Below, piece by piece: positions 1-10,861 of a stretch of 64,000 nt of DNA (positions are counted from its first letter, which is position 1; each line of letters begins with the position of its first letter). A model generated the notes under the pieces. That model was not told the origin of the DNA. It did not search any database and saw nothing but the letters and a program-made list of their open reading frames with translations. Both the position numbers and the translations under genes were made by a program. This DNA is from an uncultured Verrucomicrobiota bacterium. GTDB lineage: Bacteria; Verrucomicrobiota; Kiritimatiellia; CAIVKH01. The stretch lies in NCBI GenBank assembly GCA_964470065.1, contig CAYYAR010000006.1, positions 13,620 to 77,619 of the forward strand. Reading direction: 5' to 3'.

Positions 1-1944
1 AAACTTCCGCCCTATGATCGACCGTCCTTCGCCCGGAAATATCACTACCCCGGCCAGGATCTCGGGGTCACATACCGTCCCAAGGCGTCCTCGTTCCGGG
101 TCTGGGCGCCCACGGCCAAGCATGTCGAGGTGCTGTTGTTTCGAACCGGTCACGAGGACGAGACGCCCCGGATTATCTCGATGGAGCGAAGCGTGTCCGG
201 AACGTGGGCGCTAACCGTGGCCGGCGATTTGCGCCATCAGTATTACCGCTATCGTCTCGTCCATGCGGAACTCGCCGATGCGGTGGAAGCGATGGATCCT
301 TACGCTGTGGCGGCCGGCGCCAACGGCAACCGCGCAATGATTGTCGATCTGCGGGAGACCGATCCGAAAGGCTGGGCAAGCGACACCAAGCCGCCTTTTG
401 CCCACCCGGTGGATGCCGTTATTTACGAGGCGCATGTGCGTGATTTCACCATTCATGCTTCCGCGGGCAGCGCCCGACCCGGCACATATATCGCGCTGGC
501 CAAGGCCGGTACGCGCGGACCGGACGGCATCAAGACCGGCGTGGATCATTTGCGCGAGCTAGGCATCACACACGTGCACCTGCTGCCGGTGGCGGATTAC
601 GCCAGTGTCGACGAGACCAAAAAAACCGCGCAGTACAACTGGGGGTATGATCCGAAAAATTACAACGTGCCGGAAGGTTCCTACGCCACCGATGCCTTCG
701 ACGGACGGGTGCGCGTGCGCGAATTCAAGGAAATGGTCATGGGCCTGCACAAGGCCGGCATCCGTGTGGTGCTGGATGTGGTCTACAATCACACCTATCA
801 CACGACCGACGCTCACTTTCAGCATCTCGTGCCCGGCTACTATCATCGCCAAAACAAGGAGGGCGGATTCTCCAACGGCTCCGGCTGTGGTAATGAAGTG
901 GCCTCGGATCGATCGATGGTGCGCAAGATGATGATCGATTCGCTGGTTTTCTGGGCGAAAGAATACCATGTGGACGGTTTTCGCTTCGATCTGATGGGCC
1001 TGCACGATCTCGAAACCATGAAGCAAATCCGCAAGGCGCTGGACAAGGTGGACTCTACGATCATTTTGTACGGTGAAGGCTGGACCGGTGGCGACAGTCC
1101 GCTGCCTTGGCATGATCGCGCGATGAAGACCCATGTGGGTGCGCTTGACCGGATCGCCGCGTTTAATGACACCCTCCGAGATGCCATCAAGGGTCATGTG
1201 GCGAATCATCACGAACCGGGATTTATACAAGGCGCGGCGGATAAAGAGGAGCGCTTGAAGACCGGGATTGTCGCATCGGTGAAGCATCCGCAGATAACCT
1301 ATCCGGCCGGCGATTTGTGGAGTGGTCCGTGGGCGAGGGAGCCGCATCACTGCGTGAGTTACAACTCATGCCACGACAACCATACCCTGTGGGATAAGAT
1401 CGCCATCACCACGCCCCGCCTCAAGGAAACCGACCGGATCAAGATGAACAAACTGGCGGCGGCGATCACGTTGACGAGCCAGGGCCTCGCCTTTCTGCAT
1501 GCCGGCGAGGAGATGGTCCGTACCAAGAAGGGTCATGAAAACAGCTACAATTTGCCCGATGCCATCAACGCCATGGATTGGCGGCGAAAAATCATGCATG
1601 CTGATGTCGTGGATTATTACCGCGGGTTGATTGCCCTGCGCAAACAACATGTGGCCTTCCGCATGCGCACCGCCGGGGATATCCGCCGTCACCTGGCTTT
1701 TCTGCCAATGCCAAGCAAGGGCATGGTCGGGTATTGCATTGATGGCGAGGGGATAGGCGATGCGGCGGCATGGCTGGTGGTGATCTTTAATGCGACGCCG
1801 AAATCGCACACGGTCGATTTACCCGAGTCGGGTTGGCAGGTGCTGGTGGATGGCGAGCAGGCGGGTGTGAAGGCGCTGCGCCGGATCAAAGGATCCCAAT
1901 GCGAGGTCGCGGCGCGCTCGGCGCTGGTGTTGGCCAAATTCTGA
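1..1944 (+). CDS. pulA: Type I pullulanase (GH13), 5'-truncated at the window edge; frame 1 is open from nt 1
   Basis: Translation from nt 1 gives KLPPYDRPSF...FRVWAPTAKHVEVLLF, a CBM48-like N-terminus. It carries the pullulanase signature YNWGYDP and the GH13 motifs GFRFDLMG and YGEGW. Confidence 0.85.
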   Translation, partial: KLPPYDRPSFARKYHYPGQDLGVTYRPKASSFRVWAPTAKHVEVLLFRTGHEDETPRIISMERSVSGTWALTVAGDLRHQYYRYRLVHAELADAVEAMDPYAVAAGANGNRAMIVDLRETDPKGWASDTKPPFAHPVDAVIYEAHVRDFTIHASAGSARPGTYIALAKAGTRGPDGIKTGVDHLRELGITHVHLLPVADYASVDETKKTAQYNWGYDPKNYNVPEGSYATDAFDGRVRVREFKEMVMGLHKAGIRVVLDVVYNHTYHTTDAHFQHLVPGYYHRQNKEGGFSNGSGCGNEVASDRSMVRKMMIDSLVFWAKEYHVDGFRFDLMGLHDLETMKQIRKALDKVDSTIILYGEGWTGGDSPLPWHDRAMKTHVGALDRIAAFNDTLRDAIKGHVANHHEPGFIQGAADKEERLKTGIVASVKHPQITYPAGDLWSGPWAREPHHCVSYNSCHDNHTLWDKIAITTPRLKETDRIKMNKLAAAITLTSQGLAFLHAGEEMVRTKKGHENSYNLPDAINAMDWRRKIMHADVVDYYRGLIALRKQHVAFRMRTAGDIRRHLAFLPMPSKGMVGYCIDGEGIGDAAAWLVVIFNATPKSHTVDLPESGWQVLVDGEQAGVKALRRIKGSQCEVAARSALVLAKF

Positions 1945-1963
1945 TCACCACGGGTAAACGGGC

Positions 1964-2869
1964 ATGATCATCGTCCTGAAAATGCTCGCCCGACTGTTTG
2001 CTGCGCTGTCGTCGCAATCGGCGGCGGCGGCCGGCCGTTGGCTCGGATCGGTCATTCATGTATTTCTCCGCGGCAAAGTGACCATTGCCCGGAAGGCACT
2101 GGCGGAAAGTTTTCCGGAGTGGGAGGCGGCGCGTGTCCGCGAAGTGGCACGCAAGGTATTCATCAACCAGGGGATCTTCTTTGTCGAATTCATGCGCATG
2201 ATCGGTCGACCGAAGAGCGATCCGGTGGACGAGATCATCGCCGGTCCGGCATTGATCGAGCGGGCGCGGAAGCTACGGGATGAGCACGGTTCACTCCTGG
2301 TGCTGGTTGCTCACATCAACAATTACGAATATCTGGCGGCGTGGGCGGCGCGGTTGTTTCCGTTGTCGATCATCACCAAGCCGCTGAAGCCGGCCCGGTT
2401 TAACGACTATATCAGGTCCGTGCGGGCGAGTTATGGCTTGCAGGAGTTTGACCATCATGGTTCGTACCGGCAGGTGCTGCGCAATCTGAAATCGGGTGGA
2501 TGCGTGGGTTTTATTCTCGATCAGAATCGCACGAATAAACTGGGTGTCTTTGTCACCTTTTTTGGCCGGCCCGCCTCGACATCGCCCGGGCTGGCCATGA
2601 TGTCGGCACAGAGCGGCGTGCCGGTGTTGCCGGCCTGCACGGTGCGCGAGAATGGTCGCCTGCGCGTCAAGTTGATGGACCTCATTCCGCCGCCGCCTGA
2701 CCGTGAAATCGCCACCTTGCAGGATTTTACCCAGCGCTACACATCGGCGATCGAGGCCATGATTCGCGAACAACCGGAAGGTTGGATCTGGATGCACAAA
2801 CGTTGGCGGACCAAACCGAAGCCGGGAGATCGGGTGACCCGTCCGGATGGAACAGATTATCATGTCTGA
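1964..2869 (+). CDS. Lysophospholipid/lipid A-type acyltransferase (LPLAT superfamily, HtrB/LpxL-like)
   Basis: ~300 aa with an N-terminal hydrophobic anchor and an LPLAT-like core (VLVAHINNYEYL..., FILDQNR). ATG at 1964. The family assignment is tentative. Confidence 0.5.
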   Translation: MIIVLKMLARLFAALSSQSAAAAGRWLGSVIHVFLRGKVTIARKALAESFPEWEAARVREVARKVFINQGIFFVEFMRMIGRPKSDPVDEIIAGPALIERARKLRDEHGSLLVLVAHINNYEYLAAWAARLFPLSIITKPLKPARFNDYIRSVRASYGLQEFDHHGSYRQVLRNLKSGGCVGFILDQNRTNKLGVFVTFFGRPASTSPGLAMMSAQSGVPVLPACTVRENGRLRVKLMDLIPPPPDREIATLQDFTQRYTSAIEAMIREQPEGWIWMHKRWRTKPKPGDRVTRPDGTDYHV

Positions 2870-3821
2870 TGTGCTTTTACAGATCGAAGACCTCTCGGTG
2901 TCGTTTGGTCCGGTGGCCGCGGTCACGGATGTGAGTCTCACCGTGCATGCGGGCGAATTTATCGCGCTGGTCGGAGAGAGCGGGTCCGGAAAAACCGTGA
3001 CCGCGTTGATGGTGTCCCGGCTCATCGGTGCGCCTCCCGTCACATCTGTTTCGGGAAAAATTCTTTTTCGCGGCGACGATTTGATGGCGATGCCCGAGGA
3101 AAGGTTGCGATCGCTTCGCGGTGCGCGCGTGGCGTATGTGTTTCAAGAGCCGGCCACGGCGCTCAACCCGGTCTTCACCGCCGGCGAGCAGATTGGTGAG
3201 TCGCTGGCGTTGCATGGCAAAAGTCGCGACCGGCGCCAGAACGAGGTCATTTCGCTCCTGGAGAGTGTCGGTATACGCGATCCGGCGCGCGTGGCTAAGG
3301 CCTATCCGCATCAATTGAGCGGGGGGCAGCAGCAACGGGTAATGATTGCCATGGCGTTGGCCTGTGATCCGGATTTGCTTATCGCTGACGAACCGACCAC
3401 GGCGTTGGATGTGACGGTGCAGGCGCAAATTCTGGAACTGCTCAAGAAATTGCAGCGCGAGCACGGCATGGCCGTCTTGCTCATCACCCATAATCTGGCC
3501 ATCGCCGCCAACATGGCCGACCGGATCGCCGTGATGTATGCCGGCGAACTGGTCGAAACCGGCCGGGCGGAAGATGTGGTCAAGACACCGCGGCATCCCT
3601 ACACGCAAGCCCTGCTAAAGGCGGTTCCCCGGATGCAGGGCGCGTCCGGTCAGCTACAAGGCATCCCCGGCCAGATCCCTCCCGCCAACGCTTGGCCGTC
3701 CGGCTGTCGCTTTCACCCCCGCTGCCCGATCGCGCAAGATCGCTGTCGCGGCGAGAAGCCGGACATGATGCAGGTGGAAAACCATCAAAGAGCGCGATGT
3801 TTATTCGCTCATGCGTCTTGA
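2847..3821 (+). CDS. ABC transporter ATP-binding protein, oligopeptide/dipeptide (DppD/OppD) type
   Basis: Walker A GESGSGKT, signature LSGGQQQRV, Walker [13 protein letters not shown], and a C-terminal oligopeptide-ABC extension with Cys-rich CRFHPRCP. Confidence 0.85.
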   Translation: MEQIIMSDVLLQIEDLSVSFGPVAAVTDVSLTVHAGEFIALVGESGSGKTVTALMVSRLIGAPPVTSVSGKILFRGDDLMAMPEERLRSLRGARVAYVFQEPATALNPVFTAGEQIGESLALHGKSRDRRQNEVISLLESVGIRDPARVAKAYPHQLSGGQQQRVMIAMALACDPDLLIADEPTTALDVTVQAQILELLKKLQREHGMAVLLITHNLAIAANMADRIAVMYAGELVETGRAEDVVKTPRHPYTQALLKAVPRMQGASGQLQGIPGQIPPANAWPSGCRFHPRCPIAQDRCRGEKPDMMQVENHQRARCLFAHAS

Positions 3822-3970
3822 TGAGCGGCGTATCTATGTGCATGTAGTTCAATCGTTTATCCCTTGTCGGCAGGCCTATTCGATGTAGCTGGCGATCCTT
3901 TTCAATCTGGAGTGACTAGTTATGGCAGAAACACCTTGTACGGCTCTTGCGCAGAGTCTATACATTTACC

Positions 3971-4219
3971 ATGAAATCTACGTATTCTATCTCCGAAGCT
4001 CAGGCAAAGTTGCCGTCGCTTTTGCGTGATCCACGGGCGACGTTTGTTCCCATTACGCGACATAATGAGACGGTGGGTTATCTGCTCTCAAAACAGCGTA
4101 TGGATGCTATCGTGGAGACCTTGGAGCTGTTGGCTGATCCCAAGGCCATGAAGGCGTTGCAAAAAGCTCGTACCGGAAAAACCCGCTATAAATCGCTTGA
4201 TGACCTCGGTGAGGATTGA
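3971..4219 (+). CDS. Type II antitoxin, Phd/YefM family
   Basis: Small protein MKSTYSISEAQAKLPSLLRD... typical of the Phd/YefM N-terminus. It overlaps the downstream toxin gene. Confidence 0.65.
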   Translation: MKSTYSISEAQAKLPSLLRDPRATFVPITRHNETVGYLLSKQRMDAIVETLELLADPKAMKALQKARTGKTRYKSLDDLGED

Positions 4220-4499
4220 TGTTTCCACCCAGGTTGCGGACTTTCTTCGCGGGCTGGCGCCCCATCCCCGGCGTTTGCTCAGGGCCGCTCTACGGGATCT
4301 GGGCGAGGGTCGTGGCGATATTCTCGCGCTCGAACATCCGCTTGATGGATTCTATCGCTTGAGGGTGGGCCGCTACCGCGCAATCTTTCGCTATGCTACG
4401 GTTCGCGGTCTTACGGTTGTTCGCTGTGAATTCGCTCAGCGACGCGAATTGATCTACGAGACTTTTGCTGAAATGGTAACCACTCTGATGAAATCATGA
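4197..4499 (+). CDS. Type II toxin, RelE/ParE family
   Basis: 100 aa ending ...FYRLRVGRYRAIFRYATVRGLTVVRCEFAQRRELIYE, a RelE/ParE fold signature. It overlaps the antitoxin by 23 nt. Confidence 0.65.
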   Translation: MMTSVRIDVSTQVADFLRGLAPHPRRLLRAALRDLGEGRGDILALEHPLDGFYRLRVGRYRAIFRYATVRGLTVVRCEFAQRRELIYETFAEMVTTLMKS

Positions 4500-4530
4500 A
4501 TTATGCTCGGCAGCGCACAGGCACCAACCG

Positions 4531-5289
4531 ATGAATGAGTCGTCGCCTTTACTATCCGCCGAGGCGGTTTCCCTCCATTACAAGGGACTGGTGCGACCGG
4601 CGCTGGACGAGGTCTCGGTGCACATCCGGGCGGGGCGGACGCTGGGCGTCGTCGGGGAAAGCGGTAGCGGCAAGTCCTCGCTGGCCCGGGTGTTGATGGG
4701 GCTCGAAACGCTGAGCGGTGGCCGCGTGCTTTATCGCGGGCGGGACATCGATGGTTTCGACCGGAGCGAGCGCATGGATTTCCGGCGGAAAGTGCAGATG
4801 GTGTTTCAGGATCCCTTCAACAGCCTCAATCCCCGCAAGACCATCGGCGCGACTTTGGCCGAAGTGCTGAAGGTTCATCGCATCGCGGATTCGAGCCCGG
4901 AATCGCTCCTGGAAAAAGTCGGTTTGGATGCGGCCATGGCCCACCGCTACCCGCACGAGCTCAGTGGCGGCCAACGGCAGCGGGTCGGTATTGCCCGGGC
5001 GATGTCCTTACAGCCCGAGGTCATCATCGCCGACGAGCCTGTTTCGGCCCTCGACGTGTCGGTTCAAGCCCACATCCTCAACCTGCTCAAAAAACTGGTT
5101 GAGGAAACCGGCGTCACCCTGGTCCTCATCGCCCACGACCTCGCCGTGGTGCGCCAGGTCTGCGATGACGTGATCGTCATGAACGAAGGCCACATCGTGG
5201 AGCAGGGGGAGTCAGCCCGCGTGCTGCAGCGGCCGGAAGCGAATTACACGCGCCAGCTTATCGCGGCGGTTCCGGTGTTGCCGTATTAG
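4531..5289 (+). CDS. ABC transporter ATP-binding protein, DppF/OppF type
   Basis: Walker A GESGSGKSS, signature LSGGQRQRV, Walker B IIADEPVSALD, H-loop IAHDL. Confidence 0.85.
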   Translation: MNESSPLLSAEAVSLHYKGLVRPALDEVSVHIRAGRTLGVVGESGSGKSSLARVLMGLETLSGGRVLYRGRDIDGFDRSERMDFRRKVQMVFQDPFNSLNPRKTIGATLAEVLKVHRIADSSPESLLEKVGLDAAMAHRYPHELSGGQRQRVGIARAMSLQPEVIIADEPVSALDVSVQAHILNLLKKLVEETGVTLVLIAHDLAVVRQVCDDVIVMNEGHIVEQGESARVLQRPEANYTRQLIAAVPVLPY

Positions 5290-5312
5290 CTGTTCGAATG
5301 TTGGCAAAAATT

Positions 5313-5455
5313 ACCTTGTGCGGTTCGTGTATAAAGTCTCTATGCGAACTGGCACCCCATCTCCGGCGCTTGCTCCGGACTGCGCTAAGAAATCTAGGCG
5401 AGGGTCGTGGTGATATTCTCGGTAACCAGTCTGATGAAATCATGAATCACGCTCT
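5313..5455 (+). pseudogene. Decayed second copy of the phd/relE module (promoter-like segment fused to an internally deleted relE)
   Basis: 5313-5348 is ~70% identical to 3933-3970, the segment upstream of phd. 5349-5420 matches relE 4247-4320. 5427-5455 matches the relE 3' end at 4480-4508. The phd gene and the relE middle are absent. Confidence 0.55.
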
Positions 5456-5499
5456 GTAGCCTTGCACTAATTGCCCCGATTTATTCGTGTGGAAGGGTA

Positions 5500-5802
5500 A
5501 TGAAGACGTTCGAGCAAGATACCTACCTCCCGACGCGGCGCACCCTGCTGGAACGGCTTCGCGATTGGGAGGATCAGCACAGTTGGCGTGAATTCTTTGA
5601 ATTATACTGAAAGCTGATCTACCGTACCGCCCGCAAGGCCGGACTCGGCGCCGAGGCCGCCGAAGATGTCGTTCAAGATACCATTCTCACCGTGGCCACG
5701 GCGGCTGAGCATGGGCTCGAGTTGTGCACGGCCAACCATCGCCATTACCGGGTAATTTCCGGGCTGGCTTTCTCCGTTTTCCGGCCGCGATGGATGCGTT
5801 GA
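5500..5802 (+). pseudogene. Disrupted ECF-type sigma-70 factor (region 2 only; in-frame TGA at 5608-5610, then the frame decays)
   Basis: MKTFEQDTYLPTRRTLLERLRDWEDQHSWREFFELY*KLIYRTARKAGLGAEAAEDVVQDTILTV matches ECF sigma region 2.1-2.2. There is no region 4. The homology ends at the 52-bp repeat at 5733. Confidence 0.5.
5733..5784. repeat. 52-bp direct repeat, copy A (81% identical to 6446-6497), flanking the mazEF-like cassette
   Basis: 42 of 52 positions identical to copy B by manual alignment; both copies end in TCTCCGTTTTCCGG. Confidence 0.6.
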
Positions 5803-5832
5803 CGGAAATACCTTTAGTGGTATTATCGTGGT

Positions 5833-6063
5833 ATGAAAGTCAAGACATCCATCACACTAACGGAAGACCTGTTGTCGGAAATTGACCGCAATCTTGATGG
5901 CTTTAAAAGCCGATCCGACTTCATCGAAGTCGCCTCAAAAAATTATCTGTCGCAACGAGCTCGTATTGAAAACGACCGGCGGGATCGCGAGATAATCGAC
6001 AAGCGAGCGGCGGCGATGAACAAAGAGGCTGAGGCGGTGTTGGACTTTCAGGTGTCTACATGA
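5833..6063 (+). CDS. Ribbon-helix-helix (CopG/MazE-like) antitoxin
   Basis: 76 aa, N-terminal beta-strand-like [17 protein letters not shown], coupled (4-nt overlap) to the downstream MazF-like gene. The region has lower GC. Confidence 0.6.
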   Translation: MKVKTSITLTEDLLSEIDRNLDGFKSRSDFIEVASKNYLSQRARIENDRRDREIIDKRAAAMNKEAEAVLDFQVST

Positions 6064-6392
6064 GACGAGGCGAGCTTTACCGGGTCGATCATCCAGCCTC
6101 CAAAGACCCCAAAAAATCCAGAGTATTTGTGATTGTTAGCCGGCAGGTGGTTATTGACTCAAAATTCTCGACCGTCATTTGCGCTCCCATTTATTCAGTG
6201 CACGATGGATTACGCACGCAAGTATCGGTTGGGGTTGGCGAGGGATTCAAGCGTGACAGCAGTATTCACTGCGATGAACTCGTCAGTTTAACCAAAAACC
6301 GCCTTACCAACTACGTAGGCTCACTCTCCTCCAAAAAAATGCAAATGCTCGATAGTGCGCTTAAAATAGCTGTTGGCATTGAGAGTCAGTAG
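6060..6392 (+). CDS. MazF/PemK-family toxin (mRNA interferase)
   Basis: 110 aa, RGELYRVD...SRVFVIVS...[22 protein letters not shown], typical PemK/MazF layout. Confidence 0.7.
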   Translation: MRRGELYRVDHPASKDPKKSRVFVIVSRQVVIDSKFSTVICAPIYSVHDGLRTQVSVGVGEGFKRDSSIHCDELVSLTKNRLTNYVGSLSSKKMQMLDSALKIAVGIESQ

Positions 6393-6445
6393 GGTGACAA
6401 GTCATCGGCCAGGTTGAATTTTAATGCCCAAAAGCTTTGCAACGA

Positions 6446-6497
6446 CAACCATAGCAATTACCCCGCAATCTCCGGCCTTGCGGTCTCCGTTTTCCGG
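6446..6497. repeat. 52-bp direct repeat, copy B
   Basis: See copy A at 5733-5784. Confidence 0.6.
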
Positions 6498-6551
6498 TGG
6501 TGATCAGGGTCCTGATGGGCGAATTGACAATCGAAGTCCTGTGGTAAACTA

Positions 6552-6740
6552 TTGACCTATGAGTTATTTCAACTCGTGCAATGGATGAAAGAGCATTATG
6601 AGGCAGCTTGTGATCAGCAAATCGAGGATGATGTGACATCGGGTAAACTTGACTTTCTGGCCAGAGAAGCCTTGGCCGAGTATCACGCTGGCGGCACTAT
6701 TCCCTTTCCCGAATCGAATGAAGAGCCGGGCAAGCAGTAA
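6552..6740 (+). CDS. Hypothetical small acidic protein (62 aa)
   Basis: ORF only; no recognisable motif. It sits between repeat B and tgt. Confidence 0.2.
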   Translation: MTYELFQLVQWMKEHYEAACDQQIEDDVTSGKLDFLAREALAEYHAGGTIPFPESNEEPGKQ

Positions 6741-7907
<1,167 letters not shown>

Positions 7908-7926
7908 GTCGCGAGGAGTATAATGG

Positions 7927-8292
7927 ATGAATGATATATTGATGACCACACTGGCGATGGCCCCGCAACCGGGCGGCGCTGAACAGCCCTCCGGCACCTT
8001 CTTCTTCGGCTGGATCGCCATCATGATCGCCATCTTCTACGTGATGATTATCCGCCCCCAGCGTCGCCGCGATAAAGAGCGTCAGGATCTGCTGAAGAAT
8101 ATCAAGTCGGGCGATCGCGTACTCTTCAGCGGCGGCATGATCGGTATCGTGACCAACGCCAAGGAAAAAACCTTTACCATCAAGATTGCCGAAAAGACCA
8201 AAGTTGAAGTCCTGCGTGGCGCAGTCACGCAAGTCCTCGACAAGGCGGATTTGCCTGCCGATCTCGATCCTGAACTCTCCACCACCAAATAA
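7927..8292 (+). CDS. yajC: Preprotein translocase subunit YajC
   Basis: Single TM segment plus IRPQRRRDKERQDLLKNIKSGDRVLFSGGMIGIV. Confidence 0.85.
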   Translation: MNDILMTTLAMAPQPGGAEQPSGTFFFGWIAIMIAIFYVMIIRPQRRRDKERQDLLKNIKSGDRVLFSGGMIGIVTNAKEKTFTIKIAEKTKVEVLRGAVTQVLDKADLPADLDPELSTTK

Positions 8293-8316
8293 ACCCCTCG
8301 AAACCGGAACGCTGTC

Positions 8317-10818
8317 ATGGATAAGAATGCTAAATGGAAATGGATTTTTCTCGCCCTGTTGGTTCTCAGCTCGTTGATGCTGGTGACCCCGGTCAAACAG
8401 AAGGTCAAGCTCGGCCTCGATTTGCAGGGTGGTATCAGTTTTATCGTCGAGGTGGATGAGGAACAGTTGTTGCGACAGTATCGCGAACAAAACCGCGACC
8501 TTGGTGAAGAGCAACTCGCGGCCGACGTCCGCAACATCATTCTCGATTCGCAGGGCAAGGCCGTGGAGGTGATTCGCAACCGCGTGGACACCATCGGCAT
8601 CGCCGAGCCGTCGATCTATCCCAAAGGCGAGAAGCGCATCATTGTTCAGCTCCCGGGGGTGGACGACGTGAAACAAAAGGAAGCCCGCGACTCCATCATG
8701 AGTGTGGCCTTCCTCGAATTCCGCCTGGTCCACGAAAACAATGACGAGTGGACGCAGGAGTTGTTCAAAGAGAGTCGGGCGCCTCGCGGATTCAAGTTGC
8801 TGCCCGGCAACGATCCGGTGTACGTCCGCGATTACGAAAAAATCGCCGATGCCGATATGGATCGCGCCTTCTGGGCCGATTTGCAGCGCTTTGCCCCGCG
8901 TCCGCGTTGCGATTTCATGCTCATGAAGGACGACCGTGAAGGTCTGGGCACGGTTTATCGTCCGTTCTACATCGAGACGCGCCGCCAGTTGGCCGGCGAT
9001 TCACTCAAGGATGCCAAGGTAGAATACGGTCAATTCAATGAGCCGCGTATCACGCTGGAATTCAACGCCAAGGGATCGCGCGATTTTGCCCGTGTGACCC
9101 AGGATTACGGGCCGAATGGCGAGAAGAATATGGGTGACGAGCAGGGACGCCAGTTGGCCATCGTCCTCGATGGCACATTGTATTCGGCGCCGGTCATCCG
9201 CACGGCGATCCTCGATGGACGGGCCGAAATTACCGGCATGTTCTCGGTGGCCGAAGCGACGAGATTGGTGAATGTGCTGCGCGCAGGATCGCTGCCGGTG
9301 CCGGTCAAGATTGTCGAGGAGCGTCAGGTCAGTCCCTCGCTGGGACGCGACTCGATTCAGAGCGGCGTGAAGGCGGCGACCTACGGCGCCGGACTCGTCT
9401 TTGTATTCATGTTGTTGTACTACCGCACCGCTGGTCTGGTCGCCAACATCGGACTCGGATTGATTATCATACTGTTACCGGTGGGCATGTGGATTTCCGC
9501 GGGTTTCCTCAGCACCTTCTTCAGCGGCGGGGATGGCGGATCCGTTGGTCTGCCCGTGATCACGCTTCCGGGTATTGCCGGTATCGTGCTGACTATCGGC
9601 ATGGCCGTCGATGCCGCCGTGCTGATTTTTGAGCGCATGCGCGAGGAGTTGCGTGCTGGTAAATCGTTGTCCGCGGCTATTGACGCCGGCTATGAGCGGG
9701 CGGCCAGCGCGATTCTCGACGCCAACATCACCACGGTCATCACTGCGGTCATTTTGTTCTGGCAGGGATCGGGTCCGGTGCGTGGTTTTGCCGTGACCCT
9801 CTGCGCCGGCATTCTCATCAGCATGCTGGTTTCGCTGGTCTATATGCGGATGTTCTTGCGACTGCTGGTTGAAAAAATGGGTGTGACGGTGATGAAATTC
9901 ACCACGTTGGTCAAACCCTCGAATATCAACTTCCTTGCTATGCGTACTGCTTATGCCGTGCTTGCGCTGTTGGTGATCGCCGGGACGATGACTATGTTCG
10001 TCCGGAAGGGCGACCAGAATTTCAATGTGGATTTCACCGGTGGCACCGTGCTGGTGTTCAGCTTCAACGAACGTCAAACCGTGGAGCAAATCCGCACGGT
10101 ACTCGAGCAAAACGGGATTACCAGTCCGCTCATCCAGTATCAGCGCAACATCGAAGTCGGCGAAGCGGGCACCTTCAGCGAGTTGCTGGAGGTCAAAGTC
10201 CCCTATGCGCAAGGTGACAGTGCCCGCGAGATTATTCTCGGCAACTTTGATGCCGCCGGCTATTCGCTGGCCCAAACCGAAAGCGTGGGCCCGCAGGTGG
10301 GTCAGGAGCTCAAGCGAAGCGGTATCGTGGCCATCATCGCCTCGCTGATCGGCATCATCATTTACATCACCATCCGATTTGAATTCGGATTTGCCATCGG
10401 CGCCATCGTGGCCACCATCCACGATGTGCTGCTCACCGTGGGCATCTATTGCGCGCTCGGCAACCAGTTCAGCCTGACCGTGGTGGCGGCGTTGCTCACC
10501 ATCGTCGGTTATTCCGTCAACGACACCATCGTGGTATTCGATCGCATACGCGAGGATCTCAAGATGATGCGCGGGCGGAGCTACTTCGAGATCGTGAATC
10601 TCAGTTTGAACCAGACGTTGAGCCGCACCATCTTGACGTCGTTTACGACGCTTATCACCATAACCACCTTGCTGGTGTTTGGTGGCGGCGCGATGAATGA
10701 CTTCGCGCTGACGATGTTTATCGGTGTGGTCGTCGGAACCGTATCGACCATCTTCGTCGCCACCCCGGTGGCGTTGCTCTGGCACCGGGAAAAGAAGCCG
10801 GAACCGGCCAAATCCTGA
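8317..10818 (+). CDS. secDF: Fused protein translocase subunit SecDF
   Basis: 833 aa with two periplasmic-domain/6-TM modules (SecD then SecF) in one ORF. Confidence 0.9.
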   Translation: MDKNAKWKWIFLALLVLSSLMLVTPVKQKVKLGLDLQGGISFIVEVDEEQLLRQYREQNRDLGEEQLAADVRNIILDSQGKAVEVIRNRVDTIGIAEPSIYPKGEKRIIVQLPGVDDVKQKEARDSIMSVAFLEFRLVHENNDEWTQELFKESRAPRGFKLLPGNDPVYVRDYEKIADADMDRAFWADLQRFAPRPRCDFMLMKDDREGLGTVYRPFYIETRRQLAGDSLKDAKVEYGQFNEPRITLEFNAKGSRDFARVTQDYGPNGEKNMGDEQGRQLAIVLDGTLYSAPVIRTAILDGRAEITGMFSVAEATRLVNVLRAGSLPVPVKIVEERQVSPSLGRDSIQSGVKAATYGAGLVFVFMLLYYRTAGLVANIGLGLIIILLPVGMWISAGFLSTFFSGGDGGSVGLPVITLPGIAGIVLTIGMAVDAAVLIFERMREELRAGKSLSAAIDAGYERAASAILDANITTVITAVILFWQGSGPVRGFAVTLCAGILISMLVSLVYMRMFLRLLVEKMGVTVMKFTTLVKPSNINFLAMRTAYAVLALLVIAGTMTMFVRKGDQNFNVDFTGGTVLVFSFNERQTVEQIRTVLEQNGITSPLIQYQRNIEVGEAGTFSELLEVKVPYAQGDSAREIILGNFDAAGYSLAQTESVGPQVGQELKRSGIVAIIASLIGIIIYITIRFEFGFAIGAIVATIHDVLLTVGIYCALGNQFSLTVVAALLTIVGYSVNDTIVVFDRIREDLKMMRGRSYFEIVNLSLNQTLSRTILTSFTTLITITTLLVFGGGAMNDFALTMFIGVVVGTVSTIFVATPVALLWHREKKPEPAKS

Positions 10819-10861
10819 GCCGGCAATTCGCCGGTTTAGCCGCTATGAAGGGAGTACGATC

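Noticed and set aside
6421-6639. 72-aa minus-strand ORF
   Set aside because: Overlaps repeat copy B and the 62-aa plus ORF. Arg/Cys-rich junk-like translation.
9475-10785. 436-aa minus-strand ORF rich in His/Asp/Gly/Arg
   Set aside because: Antisense to secDF. The composition is the mirror image of a membrane-protein gene.
10724-10861. N-terminal extension of the RmlC-GAF ORF in the six-frame track
   Set aside because: It overlaps the last 95 nt of secDF in another frame. A strong RBS and ATG at 10862 match the RmlC N-terminus.
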